Part shown: one piece after another, positions 24,058 through 37,405 of the stretch
Numbering within the stretch: the first letter of the stretch is position 1
Layout: every line of letters starts with the position of its first letter
Assembly (NCBI RefSeq): GCF_004010195.1
Contig: NC_057711.1
Coordinates: 69,195,850-69,259,849, forward strand
Length of the DNA: 64,000 nucleotides
Direction: 5' to 3'
DNA from: Chiloscyllium plagiosum
Lineage: Eukaryota
Notes under the pieces: model-generated
Told to the model about the DNA's origin: nothing
The model's database searches: none
The model's input: only the letters and a program-made list of their open reading frames with translations
Translations under genes and position numbers: made by a program

Positions 24058-25879
24058 TTCCAATATCCCTTCCATTTGAGATTGTAGTGTCCACTCACAT
24101 AATTCATTCCGCTCCCTTTAAAATATTGCAATGAATTTGCATGCAGTAAAAGTGGCACAGCCTATTTTAAAGGTTGACAACCTCTTGTGAAAACAAATAC
24201 CACCTAATATTAAAATGAGTTCAAAGTTTACACTTGTTCCCTAGTCATTTCTAATCTGACAAGCTCAATAGTACATCTACATGGGGCAAGTATAGTCTTG
24301 TCATTATTTTTGGATGTCAATCAAATATTCTCAAAGTTTACAATTTACTGCTGTAAAAATCTACAGTTCAAAGCTTACTGTGATAAATGAAGTCTTTTAA
24401 GCCAAGCATTAATGCAGTGGCCTTCCTCTGAAACTCTTCCAAAAATGCAAGTCTTTTTTGCCTCTTGGGTGACAATTACTATCGTTGAAAAACAGCACTT
24501 AATAGCGGACCCATTTTTTTTTCTCCTCTGCAAAAATCTTCACCTGTTTTAATTTGTGGCTGACAGGCAATTTTCAATAGAGAGGATGCAAGAGGAAACT
24601 GTTAAGAAAGATGAGCAGGTGTATGTATGGTGGCAAATTTGCTGCATTGTTTCGTAAAGCATTGCTGCCACCAATAACAATACAAGCCACTGAGTAGCGC
24701 TGTTGTATTCTAACGCAGTTTGAACGTGCCATGAATTTGGAAATTCTGAATATTTTGATCTCTATCTCCTTCTGACAGTCCATTTCTCTCATTTTATAAA
24801 TAATGATTGTTGAAATCACTATGATGTCACTTGTGGAATATCATTTTCTGTGGATAAGTTAAGCTTAGAGCTGGCAGAAATTAGTTTCTATCCCCATCAG
24901 AGCTATTGGACCTTCAAATGGTAAGTATGTTATTTTAATATTTACACTTGTGGTTTTGCAAGCAAGTTAAATGTAAAATCTTGAATACCACAAGGTTATT
25001 GGAAAGGAGAGAACATATAAACTAACAATGAAGTAACGATCAATGAAAAAAAGGTTTTTCCTCAAACTTGTTTTTGATCGCTACATAAATATACACCTGG
25101 ATCCTGCTCCAGTGTGGGTTTGCCTCTCACTAAAACCACAGTGAAATATGTTGGTAACCACAGTTTTCTTGCCTTTTTCATGGGTTTTCTTTGCCAACTT
25201 TCTGCCACTGCTAAAGGAGCTGATTTTGTTCAGTTTGGTTATACTAGTGCAGGCAAGGTATTTCACTCAAACATCCCCTATGCCAGGAGTTAAGGACATT
25301 TTTAAGGGGTGACTTCAGAAGCCTAAGGCTGAATATCAAAGACTTGATTTTCTGAGGTCTCACCAGCAAAGGATTGAAGTTGCAATTTTAGAAATGCAAA
25401 CATACAGAATAAGTTGTTGCCCATTTCTCACAGGCAGTATGAGCTACTAGTAACTCTATTTCAATTGGATCAGTTCAGTTTCATGGGAGAGGTGGAAACA
25501 CATTTGGAATGTTTCAGAAGCGAGTTGCAGCGGAGATGAACATGGATCTTGGTGACGACTCCATATCTCTTTCAGATGGTTATAATTGAGGCATTGGAGC
25601 TTAGGGCAAATAAATCAGCTTTAAAAGACAGTGTGATAATGGTATTTTAAAGGGTAGTGCAGAGTGCCAACTGGCACACCATGTGTGCTAATAGGAAATA
25701 TCGAGCTTCAGGTGCTGACATGAAAGCTTAACATAAATTGACAAACTACCCCCTACATTGTCTGAGTCTTCAACATCAGCTGGGATTAAGATGTTTAGTA
25801 TAAGAAGTATCAGCTAAAAAAAGAATCAGTATGCAAAGAAGTATGGTGTTTCTTGTATAGGACTCTGTAATACGTGTTA

Positions 25880-26440
25880 GCATAAGACTATAAGAAACAG
25901 GAGTGGATGAATATTCGGTTCATTGTAAACTGCTACTCGATAAGACTTTCATTTGAATTGCAGAACTGTGCCTGAAACTACCCTGTCTATTAACAATTTG
26001 TCTAATACTGCCTTGAATATATTCAATAAGCCAGTCTTCATTGTTTACTGGGGAAAAAAATTACAAATCATGTGACCTCCTAAGAGAAAATATTCCTGAT
26101 CCTCATTTCCATTTTAAATGGAAGACCTCTTATTTCTAAATCCTGCTTCCTCATTCTCTAGTCACCCTTTGTGAGGAGATTTCCTTCCCTGCCGCATTGT
26201 TTCAAAATCATGTATGACTCAATAAGATCATCGGACATTCTTCTAAATTCCAATGAATGTAGAGTTAATCTGCTCAACTTTTTGTCATAAGGCAAACTCT
26301 TCATCTAGGAATCAGCCTAGTGAACTTTATTAGTTGCTCTCAATAAAACTACATCCCTACTTAAGGAGATCAAAGTTGTACACAATACTCCAGGTACAAT
26401 CTCCCTAATGCCCTATACCATTGTCATGCGACTTCCTTTT
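25880..26440 (-). mobile_element. Decayed CR1-clade LINE 3' fragment
   Basis: Minus-strand tail cataagactataagaaacaggagt and ORF2 C-terminal remnants. Confidence 0.6.
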
Positions 26441-26829
26441 CTCAGATACCTTGGAGTTAAATTTCATTTTTAAAAAAATTGTCAATTTAATTTGCGAAAT
26501 GTGAGTTATTTTCCTCAGCAATATCTGTTGTGTCAAATACCACCAAAGCCACTGCATCCTATAAAATTCTGGGTGACAACTGAACCCTTAGTTTGTGTCC
26601 TGTAAAATATTACTTCTGACATTAAAATGCTTAAAATGTAATGTTTGCCCAGTAGTGACCAGAGACACTGTTATAAAATGATAGCTGGCTATCAACCACT
26701 GGGGACTTGTGTTTTGAATAATGTGCTGCCATTATTCCTGCTTCCTATGTTATTCTAACGTTCTATTTAGAAGTCTATAGTGGAGGATCAGTCATGAATA
26801 AACCTCAGTGAACAGGACTAAGTTCAGAT

Positions 26830-27590
26830 AACAAGATTTGCAGATTACACTAAAATTGGTGATATAGTAGACAGTGAAGAAGGTTATCTAAGATTGGTTA
26901 AACAAACAATTAATGGTATGGCCCTGGGTAGTGCTGTAGAACAGAGAGATCTAGGGGTTCAGGTACATACTTCTTTGAAATTTGCATCACAGGTGGACAG
27001 GGTGGTTTAAAATGTGTTTAGCGCACTTGCCTTCATTGCTCAGACCTTTGAGTAGAGGAGTTGGGACATCATGTTGAGGCCTCATCTGGAATACTGTGTG
27101 CAGTTCTGCTCGCCCTGCTGTAGGAAGGATATCATTAAATTTGGAGAGGGTTTGGAAAAGATTTACCAGGGTGTTGCTGGGAATGATGGCTTTGAGTTAT
27201 CAAAATAGGCTGAGATCTTTTTCACTCGAACATAAGAGTTTGAGGGGTGACTTCATAGAGGCTTTTTTAAAATCTTGAGGGGCATAGATAAAGTGAATAA
27301 CCCGGATCTTTTCCCTCGAGTGAGGGAGTTCAAAACTAGGGGGCATATTTTTAAAAAGGACGTGAGGGTGGCAATCTTTTTAAACAGAGAATGGTTAGTG
27401 CATGGCATGAATTACCAGAGGAAGTAGTGAAGCAGGTACAGTTACAATATTTACAAGCTATTTGGATAAGTACATGAATAGGTAGGGTTTGGAGGGATAA
27501 GGGCCAAATGCAGGCAAGTGGGACTAGTTTAGTTTGGGAACATGGTTGGTGGACCGAAGGGTCTGTTTCCATGTTGCATGACTCTATGTA
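26830..27590 (+). mobile_element. HER1/CR1 LINE 3' fragment
   Basis: FADYTKIG, LEYCVQFC, LERVWKRFTR motifs; tail ggaccgaagggtctgtttcc..gactctatg. Confidence 0.85.
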
Positions 27591-28059
27591 GTTTGTTACA
27601 GCCCAGTAACTATGTACAGGAAACATTAACTCTTAAGCCTACTAAATATTACTAACCAGCCATAGAGAAGACATGCGTCTCTCCATCAAGAGAAACGGTC
27701 TGACTTCAACTCTAATTGTCCGATAGGAGACAGGGGCAGTCAATTATAACTCACAAATCTTGCCGAAATATACCTCACATAACAAAAACCTTCTTAAATA
27801 TTATCCCTAACAAGATGAAACAATTCGAGATGACTGTCGCAGGTCCATGAGAACTTGTTAGTAATTGTACTTCCTGCAGGCAAGCAGAGTGCCATTGCCC
27901 AGCGACCGATAGTTCCAAAGGACATTCCTATTCTGGACTCACGGTGACCACTTCAAATAATAACTAACACGCATTGTAAGCGATAGCACCACCAGCCTGC
28001 ACATATTCCTGGCACTTTGTACAATAATGTTGTTTTTAATATGAATTTGTCACAGATGA

Positions 28060-28375
28060 GATCAAATCACTGTAAACAAGAATATTTTCATATCAATAAT
28101 ATGAACGAAATTAGAAGTGGCTCGTTTCCTAATTCCCTTTCATCCTGATCACTCTGGCTGTGACCATGTGGATGGAGATTTGCTATTGTGTTGATTCTGC
28201 TGCTAGGAAACGGCCAAGTCAATCGTTGCCGCGGCTGCAGTGGAACGCTGCTTTTCCTTGTGGCAGGTTAACCCTGCTGATGGTGTCCAGGGCCAGTCCC
28301 AATACCGAATCCACGGTTTAAATTATGGAAGCCTAGAGGGAATGATTGGAAGATGACGGTGATGTAAGGTCGGTA
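28060..28375 (+). promoter_or_regulatory. Candidate ZNF474 promoter / non-coding first exon with forkhead and RFX X-box-like motifs
   Basis: Locally raised CpG; GTAAACA at 28072-28078; GCTGCTAGGAAAC at 28199-28211; GTTGCC half-site at 28225. Candidate donor AAG|GTCGGT at 28369 and strong acceptor TTTTCCTTTCTCAG ending at 30018. Confidence 0.4.
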
Positions 28376-28941
28376 ATATTATGTAAAGATTCAGGACAGT
28401 AAACTTCACAAATTATAGCACTGGACGCGTTTGGTGATATTTAACGCTAACCTCAAACGCTAACTATGATCATTAATGCCTAGCTAGTAATCACTAAATT
28501 AAGCTAAGCTGCGCTGTGTCAGAGTATGTTGCAAGGTCAATAGGAGGCAGCTATTGGTCGCTTCATCAAGCCAATAGCCCAGATGCTGAGGTTTCAGAAA
28601 GTTTTGATCAGAACCGAGAGTCTCTGAACTGAATAGGTGATAAATCTGCACCTAGAGAATTTCAAATTTGAATAAAACTTCACTTAGCCCCATTCTCCAA
28701 CTAAATGATAGGTCCATTCTGAACACAAGGCGCCTTGGTGCAATATTACTGGCATGCTCCCACATTAGCCCATTTCCACAATCAGTTCAACATCCTCTTG
28801 TGGCGATGGTGTGTTTTCCATTTTTATAAGCCACTACAAGTGCTGCAACAGCAACTTTTCACTTGATCTAGATCTCAGCTTTCACTGTGCAGAACCTGAA
28901 AAATATTCTTGCTGTATCTCCTTGCTAATTGAATATTCTGC

Positions 28942-29505
28942 ATTGCCTCAGCTGCTAGCTAATAATTTGACCAAAATGTGAGTAGAATTTTCAAAGCAGG
29001 TTGTTGGATATAGCTTGGCCTCGAGCCTCATCAGGGAGATTAAATTCAGGTAAATTATAAAGCTTTTCACTGTGCCTCGGTACATGTTACAATAAATTCA
29101 ATTCAATTCAAATTACGGTTGGGGACCAACCGAGGTTCTGAGAATAGGTCTTCCACAAAGATAACATGAAAATAAATTGCAAAGTGACAACAAAAGCTTG
29201 GGGATTTCAGATTTTACATTTCCTCTTTCAATTGTTATACACTGCAAATATTTAACAAGGGAAGAGGCCACTGAGTAGGCCACATAACTCTGTTAAACCG
29301 TATTAATTCAATGTTATTATAATTTCCTAGCTCATTCCATTCCTTGCTTGGTTGATGTTCCTTAAGTACCAAGATTACAAAAGAAATATTATTATTAAGA
29401 GTTTTAATTTCTCTGAAGAGGCTCAAGACCCATCTATATCCAACAACCTGCTTTGAAAATTCTACTCACATTTCGGGACATATCATAGCAAGCAGCTGAC
29501 ACAAT
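28942..29505. repeat. Inverted repeat with about 105-bp arms (28942-29047, 29402-29505) and a 40-bp perfect core
   Basis: 28974-29013 is the exact reverse complement of 29434-29473. Confidence 0.9.
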
Positions 29506-30414
29506 TTTTTTAATAGAATCCATATATTCGAAAAACAATCAACTACATTCTAAACAAAATAACACACATCATTCTAAAACAAAAGTCCATTTGCCCGATC
29601 TCAAAATGTTAACAAATCTTTTTTAAAAATCTTTTATATGAATCTGCTATTTTTGCTTGGTTCTTCCTTGGACCAAACTCTGTGTACTGAGTTTGAGATA
29701 TATTGTTTACAAACAAATTGATTGTGGCAAAAATGTTGCCTATATCCACCTTCAATAATATGAAAAGTACCCATGGAAAGCTGTGGTATCTTGATGAGGC
29801 TGAATTTGGATTGTTTTTCCGGATGATAATTAAGGTGTTGGCTAATGTTTATTTAATGGATTGAAGCACTATGGTATGTAATTCTCAAAATTGTTTAAAT
29901 ATTATACTCAAAACAATACTATAAATAGCAACTACCTTATATGTGCTGATTGCATAGTACATTTGGAGTTTCCTAAAATGCAACTGCTATATTTAAACAC
30001 AGACTTTTCCTTTCTCAGGCATTCTCCTATGTCACCAAATTCTTCTATCTTTTTTTACTCCCACGAATTCTGATACAGCAACAGTTGGAAAATTAGTTTG
30101 TTCACAAAAACTCAACTTCCAGTATGAGCAAGCTGTGAAAAATAGTCTTCCCAAGTGCACCACCCATGAAAACAGCTATAACAGAAAATAATCATTGCAA
30201 AGAGATCCACATGTAATCCATTAAATCTAATTCTATACTCATTATCAAGTCTACTTCTAGAACTGTGCAAGCTCAAATTGAATATCATTGTCATCCACTG
30301 GACATTGATTTCACATATTGAGGATCATCAGAAAACCTTATATCTAGTTCTCAAGAGTTAAAGGAATACCTGCACAACTGAAAAGGAAACTGCTTCCACG
30401 AGGTAGCTCAATAA

Positions 30415-30807
<393 letters not shown>

Positions 30808-31339
30808 TAAACCCCTTTTATTACAAATACTTCACCTGTGGTTTAGCCAAAATGAGAACAAAAAGAGGGAATAAAACAGAATCAGAACACTAGATTAAAG
30901 TGATATAAAGCTGGGGTATGTTCTAAATATTAAGTTGGGCAAATATTAACGTACCATAATTCAAAGATGAGGATTTTAAATTCAAATGTGTTGATGGATA
31001 GGGTCCAAACTAGCTTGGCAAAGGAAAGAGTGATGAGCAAATGGAACTTAATATGACCCAAAATGTTGACAGTGAAGTTTGAACTCACTTGGACTTTGTG
31101 GAGGATGGGAATGTTAAATATTTGAGGAATGCCATTTATGAAATTGGAGTCAATCATCATGTGTTGATGCAAGTAATTTCTAAATGAATAAGAACTGAGG
31201 CAAATCCCACCAGCAAGCATTTGAAGCTTGGAAAAATATTTCAGTTTCCAAGATTGAAAGATCAAGGAAAATAAATGACAGACGTAAATAAATAGACAGA
31301 AGTGGACACATACACCTATGGACAATTCTTTGTTTGAAA

Positions 31340-33190
31340 TTGCTTAAATCATTGTGGTGTTGGCAAAATGATCAACCTCTGCCCATTCCATGTGAAAAAT
31401 TAGTTAAAATGTCTATGGAGCAAGATAAATAGGTCAGACTTAAAACAGGAATTGGCGATAATTATACCCTGCAAAGAATCAAATACAGTATAGTAGAGAT
31501 CACTGAAATATGGCTACAGAAATATCAGGACTTACGCATTGCAGAATATACCGTATTTCGAAAAAAAGGAAAGAGAGAAGTGATTAGTAAAGTTGCAGTA
31601 CATTTTGGAGACAACACAATGGTAGTTAAAAAGTGTGATGCAGCCAGCTATTAAAGCAGAAATAGAATCCAACTGATGAAGATAAAGGACCAATCAACTG
31701 TCAAACTATCATATAGCCACAGGGAGGTGGAAGAAGGATTATCCAACCAACTTAGAGAAAAAAAGAATAATAATCATGGTGGTATTTCAACTACCCAAAC
31801 TCAAATAGCAGAGGTAGATAAAGGGGATAAGAAAGCGGAAAATCCCCTCCACATATACACAAAATCTTTTTAATGCAATGTGTAAAAAAACCTAGTAAGT
31901 GAGATTTTACTGAAGAATGTAGTAATTAAGAGAAGTATCTATACAGGACTAGTTAGGAATTATGATCGTAAGATGAAACATTTTAAGACAACAATTTAAA
32001 ACGATATATGCATGAAAAAAGAACAATAGATTAGAGAGAAGATGATGTTGAGAGACTGGGAATGGCTCTTTGGAAGATAAAGTATACAATTACATTGCCA
32101 AACAATGTTAGAGAATGGTGATCAAAAAACCCAGGAAAACATATTCTCCTAAAACAAAATTAACTAAACATTGGTGAGACATTATTGATGAATAAAGGCT
32201 TGAGGGAAAAAGTGATGGTAAGGAAAATATTCACTAAGTACGTGGACAATGGGTGAGAGGGAGAATATAAGGAGATTAGAAGGAAGGCCAAAATATTAAG
32301 AAAAGAGGATCTATGAACTTAAATTAAGGTACATAAATTAAAATGCTAAAATATTCTATAGACATCTGAACAAAATAAGGGAAGTTTGGCTGGGAATAAG
32401 GCCACTATAGGAATCAACAGAATTAAATCTCATGTACTAGTAGCAGAATGGCAGAAATATTAAATAATTATTTTGTGTCAATATTTATCAGAGATGGATT
32501 AAATCGATATAACATTAAAAGAAGATATTAGAAACAACCTAATTTCAGTCAAAATGAAAAAAGGAGAAATATTGAACAAACTAATCAAACTCAAAGAGGA
32601 TAAGTATCATAGTACTTAAATGCATTTTAAAATAACCTAATAAAGAGATAGTTGAACTACCATACACTATTGGTATGGTACAATTATTATTAACAAAATA
32701 ATAATTTGTCAGCTAAAGATACAATGCAAGAGGACCTGTGGATAGCTAATGTTGTACTTAAGAAGGTAACCTTATCAGAGAATGATCCACTAGTCAGTTT
32801 AACATCAGTGGTGAGAAAAAGAATGGAACCTCTAAAGTAGAAGAAATTAGAAAAACATCTGGAAACCAAATATATTAATGAAAAGTAAGCATGGATTTTA
32901 AAAAGGGAGATCCTACTTTCTGAATCTCAATATCATTTAGCTACATTTCCAAAAGGCCTTCAATAGAGTGCTACAAAATAGATGAATGAATAACCAGAGA
33001 ATATGCAGAATTATGGAATAAGTAACAAAATGAATAACTAGCTAGATACAAGATGAAAAGCAGAGTGGGAGTAATGAGAAGCTAATCAGAGTGGAAGTGA
33101 GTGGAAAGTGAGTTTCACCAAGACTTAGTGCTGGGACTGCTGTTATTTACAATTTATATTAATGCCTTAGATTTTGAAATCAAAAACACA
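31340..33190 (+). mobile_element. Highly decayed CR1-clade LINE ORF2 (endonuclease to RT)
   Basis: A-rich strand with remnants of ITEIWL, GISTTQ, KHGF.KG, LVLGLLLFTIYINAL. Confidence 0.55.
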
Positions 33191-35517
33191 GTGAAACTCC
33201 CGGGAGTGGAAAGTGAGGAGGATGGGGGCACTTAATTGTGCAGGAGGTGAATTTTCAGCTTTGCGACAGTAGGAAGGATATTGGAAAGTAAGTTGGCAGA
33301 GGATTAAAGATGGATCATGGTTTGTTCCCAGCAGCAAACAGTGGGAAATTATTTTTAATGCATTAGCATGTCATGCATATTCGTTAAAACATATGGTCAC
33401 CACATTAACTTGTACCTTTGCAATTATGCTGGCAAATGAAAAACATGTGCCTTCAAATTTACAGATGTTAAAGGTGGAGTGCAGCCACTAAGGTAGTCTT
33501 CCTGGAGATTTTGGAGTGAGTAGGCACTACCTTTATTGCATGAGAACTTTGTTGAACTATGGAGGAGTTGCTGAATTATTGGATTGACTTTGATTGCAGC
33601 TGTTCAGGGAGACGAATATGTGGGCGTTTGTGGAAGGGAAAGATCAGGCATTGCTGACAGGTGATGAAGGTCACATCATGGTGATTTTAAGAAGGATTAT
33701 GGGAGACAGAAGAAGTGAGCTCAATGACAGAGGGGTTGTCAATAACTGCTGAAGGCAGCTCAAGCTGATAGATCTGAGAACAAATGTGACTAAGTACAGG
33801 TCAGTGGTGAGACTGGGAGGGTGAAGGATGATGTTTGGCAATTAGTGTAGTAGGAATGAAACCTGGTTAGTGGTCTTGAGGTGCAGTCTAATGCTCTCGG
33901 AACATGGTTCAAATCCTACCATGGCATCTGGTAGAATTTAAATTTAACAAATAAATCTGGAGCTAAAAGCTGATCTAATGGTGATCATGAAACTATTGTT
34001 GAGTGTCATAAGTATCCATCTTGTTCACTAGTGTCCTGTATGGCATCCTTAATTAGTTTGGATGACAGATAGTTCTTCTAAATGCAATGGTTACATTTTT
34101 GTGCAATCCTGTGTTATAGAAAAATCACTTTAGAAATAGCACTTAAAATGTTGACAATGTAATTGTGTTACAGCCAACACACATTTTAAAAGTTTATGCT
34201 TTAGAAACAGCGTCCCCAATTCATCAATCACATTGCAACAAATTCACGTTAACGAAATGTGCATTATAGCAGAACGACCTGCACCTGTGACCTCAGATCC
34301 ACAGCAGTGGCATTGACTCTTAACCACCTCCGAAATGGCCTAATAAGCTATTCAATTATAAGAAAGGAAATAAATGAGACACACAACAACCTAGATACTG
34401 GAAATGAAAATGGCAAACCCGGCCCTGATAACCCTGCAGAGCCCTCCTTTGTTAGTTGAATTGATGGAAGATAATAGTAGAATCATTCATGCTGAACATT
34501 ATAAAAATGTTAAGAGGTCATGGTCTTAAATTAAATGTTCATAATTCTGACTATTTGGTTTTGGCACTTTGTGCAGAAACTGGACTGCAGGGGAGGTATT
34601 GTGACAGAGATGGAAATGGAAGGCAAGGACACTTTTTTTTAATGTGAAAGGAAGGTGGAATTTAGGATAGTAACTCAAAAGACAGAGAAATTCTCTCAGG
34701 TAGGGTGGAAAAAGTATATCAGAATATGTAGTATTTTTGTCAGAATGTAATATTTTATATACCATAAGTTCAACAGGAATAATTTAAAATGTTTGTGTTT
34801 TGAAAAACGTTTTTGCCTCTGAGCTGAGAGTGCAGAATCAGGAACATCAACGACATGTGATTGAGAAGAAAGTGCCCAGATGGTCTCCTCTTCATTGCAG
34901 AACCTCCTGCCAGTGATATGGAGCAGAACATGAAGTCAACATGCATTTTACCTACAGTCAAAGGAATAGTATCACTGATGTCATAGTGTGCATTTCAACA
35001 CACCACTCTCTTGCTTAAACTGCTCAGTGACCAGTTTGCTGTCTACATTCCTGGCCCACTCCTAACCTCTCATTGACCAATTCTATCTCGTGCAGGGTGC
35101 AGGAAGCAGTGACTGTGTATGGCAGTGTACAGCAAGGAGACAGTGAGAAGTCCAGAGTCAGATAGTCAGTGAGGCAATGAGCATGGAGACCAAGGTCTGG
35201 GAGAGATACATTGAAAGTCCCAGAAATTTGAAATTTTTTTTGAAGATAAGTATTCTGTGAACCCTAACCCATTATGTTAGGCTGGCAGAGTAAGATCACA
35301 CAAAATGTAAGACTTTGCATCAGAGAATCATTTGAAAACAAATGCTTCATTGGAATTACACTTATAAGCATTATTGAATTGCTCAATGTTCCTATTCTTT
35401 GAGGTAGACAGCAGCTATCAGTGGCATCGCTAGCAGTGATGTCTCATGGGTGGTCACTGCATTGCCTGCAGTTCTACATTCAACAATCACACTGTCACCA
35501 AATGCAGCTTTCTTTGT

Positions 35518-35603
35518 AACTAAACAGAAATTGCTGGAGAAATTCAGCAGGCCTGGTAGAATCTGTGCAGAGAAAACAGAGTTAATGTTTAGAGTCCAGT
35601 GAT
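35518..35603 (-). mobile_element. Decayed Penelope-like terminus (family B), truncated within the hammerhead
   Basis: aaacagaaattgctggagaaattcagcaggcctgg..atctgtgcagagaaaacagagttaatgttt, homologous to 13270-13345. Confidence 0.55.
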
Positions 35604-37198
35604 GTTTGTTCCTGGTGAGGGTAGATGGTAACATGAGTTGGGGCTGCCACCTCAAGAAACAATGTAGACACAGTCATGAGGTTTGCTGGGTGTGATAGTT
35701 AGGCTGTGAGAGAGACTGCCCCAATGCTCCAGGACTTGATGTAAAACCAAGACACTTTCTAGTCCTCAGCCCTCACACACTCCCTATGCATGACCCAAGC
35801 CAGCTCACGCCACCTCATGCTCCCTAGCCAGCCTCATGGTCCTTCATATCCTCCATGCCAATCAATACTACTCTACCCATACCCTAATGACCCCTCAACC
35901 TCTATGCAATATGTGCCTTTCTACCCCACATAGCTTCCAATGCCAACCATACTCTCCACTCCACACCCTATGGGTCTTTATAATCTCTGTATCAATTTAG
36001 TGGCAAATTGTGGTCCCAACCCTTTGCCGTGATTACCATGCATGCCGATTCATTCAGTATTCACTGAGCAGACTTCAGGAGCTATGTTAAGATGTAATAA
36101 AATAAAGCTGTAAGTTTCTATTGATGACTTCTGAAATATAAATCTTGTTGATAAATCTCATGTGATGTCTACCAAGTACCATAAACCTTTATGGGTACAC
36201 ATTTGTACTCATAGCCCCACATCAAAGACTTGGTTGAGGTTGTCAATCAGATTGTGGACTTATAAGCCTTCTGCAGTGATACTAATAGGTTGTGGAATCA
36301 TTCATGCAGCACTAAACATATAATTACAGAATCACAGAATTGTTATGGTATAGAAGGAGCATTTCAACCACGTCTGTGCTGGTTCTCCAATAAGCCTCAG
36401 CCTTATGTCAACAAATAGTTTATTGATATTGAAAGCACTGATTTTTTCCCCCCCAAATTTAAAGTGCTTCAAGTTTTAAATGCTTTGACAGCTTGACAGT
36501 TCCACTCAGTCCATTTCTAAACACAGTCATGTCTAATTTTAACAATTCAACAGGAAACATGACCTCTCCCAAAAGGATACCTGGATATCTCCAAACAACT
36601 CTTTTTGTTCAAATGTCTGAAGGCCATGGATCATGTCTTAGATAGCCCACAAATGAAGGGTGAATATTTTTAAACACAGCTGAATCTCTATATGTGCAAC
36701 TACCTCTGTGAACCATGGATATGCAAACTAATACCCACTCCGTTCCTTAACTTTGCAAAACTGATAAGTGTTGTGTTTGTGGTGGGACTTCTGGAATGGG
36801 GACTAATCTAGAGACCCTTTAAGTCTGTAAAAATCCAGTGCAATGTGAAAATGGTATGACAGTGAGATGATCTATTTTATTTATGAGAGTAGTGCTCATA
36901 ACCCACTGGGATTTGTATTACGTCTAAGTAATTTGATTTTCTTGCTTGTGTTCCAATGGGGAAATAAAGTAATAAGCGGTCAAAAGTGTAATACTCAATT
37001 ATAATGTAAATTGGTAGAAAGAAATCTGACTAAGCTTTCAAAAATAGTGGCAGAATTTTTCTCTATTTTGTTAATAAATTGTGCTCATCTAGCTATGGCT
37101 TCCTGCATATATATGTTAGTTATATGTCTTCCTTCTATGTGCCTTTAGTACTTCATAGTGTTTGAATTAAATGACTAAAGCTTAACATTTGTCTTTAG

Positions 37199-37405
<207 letters not shown>

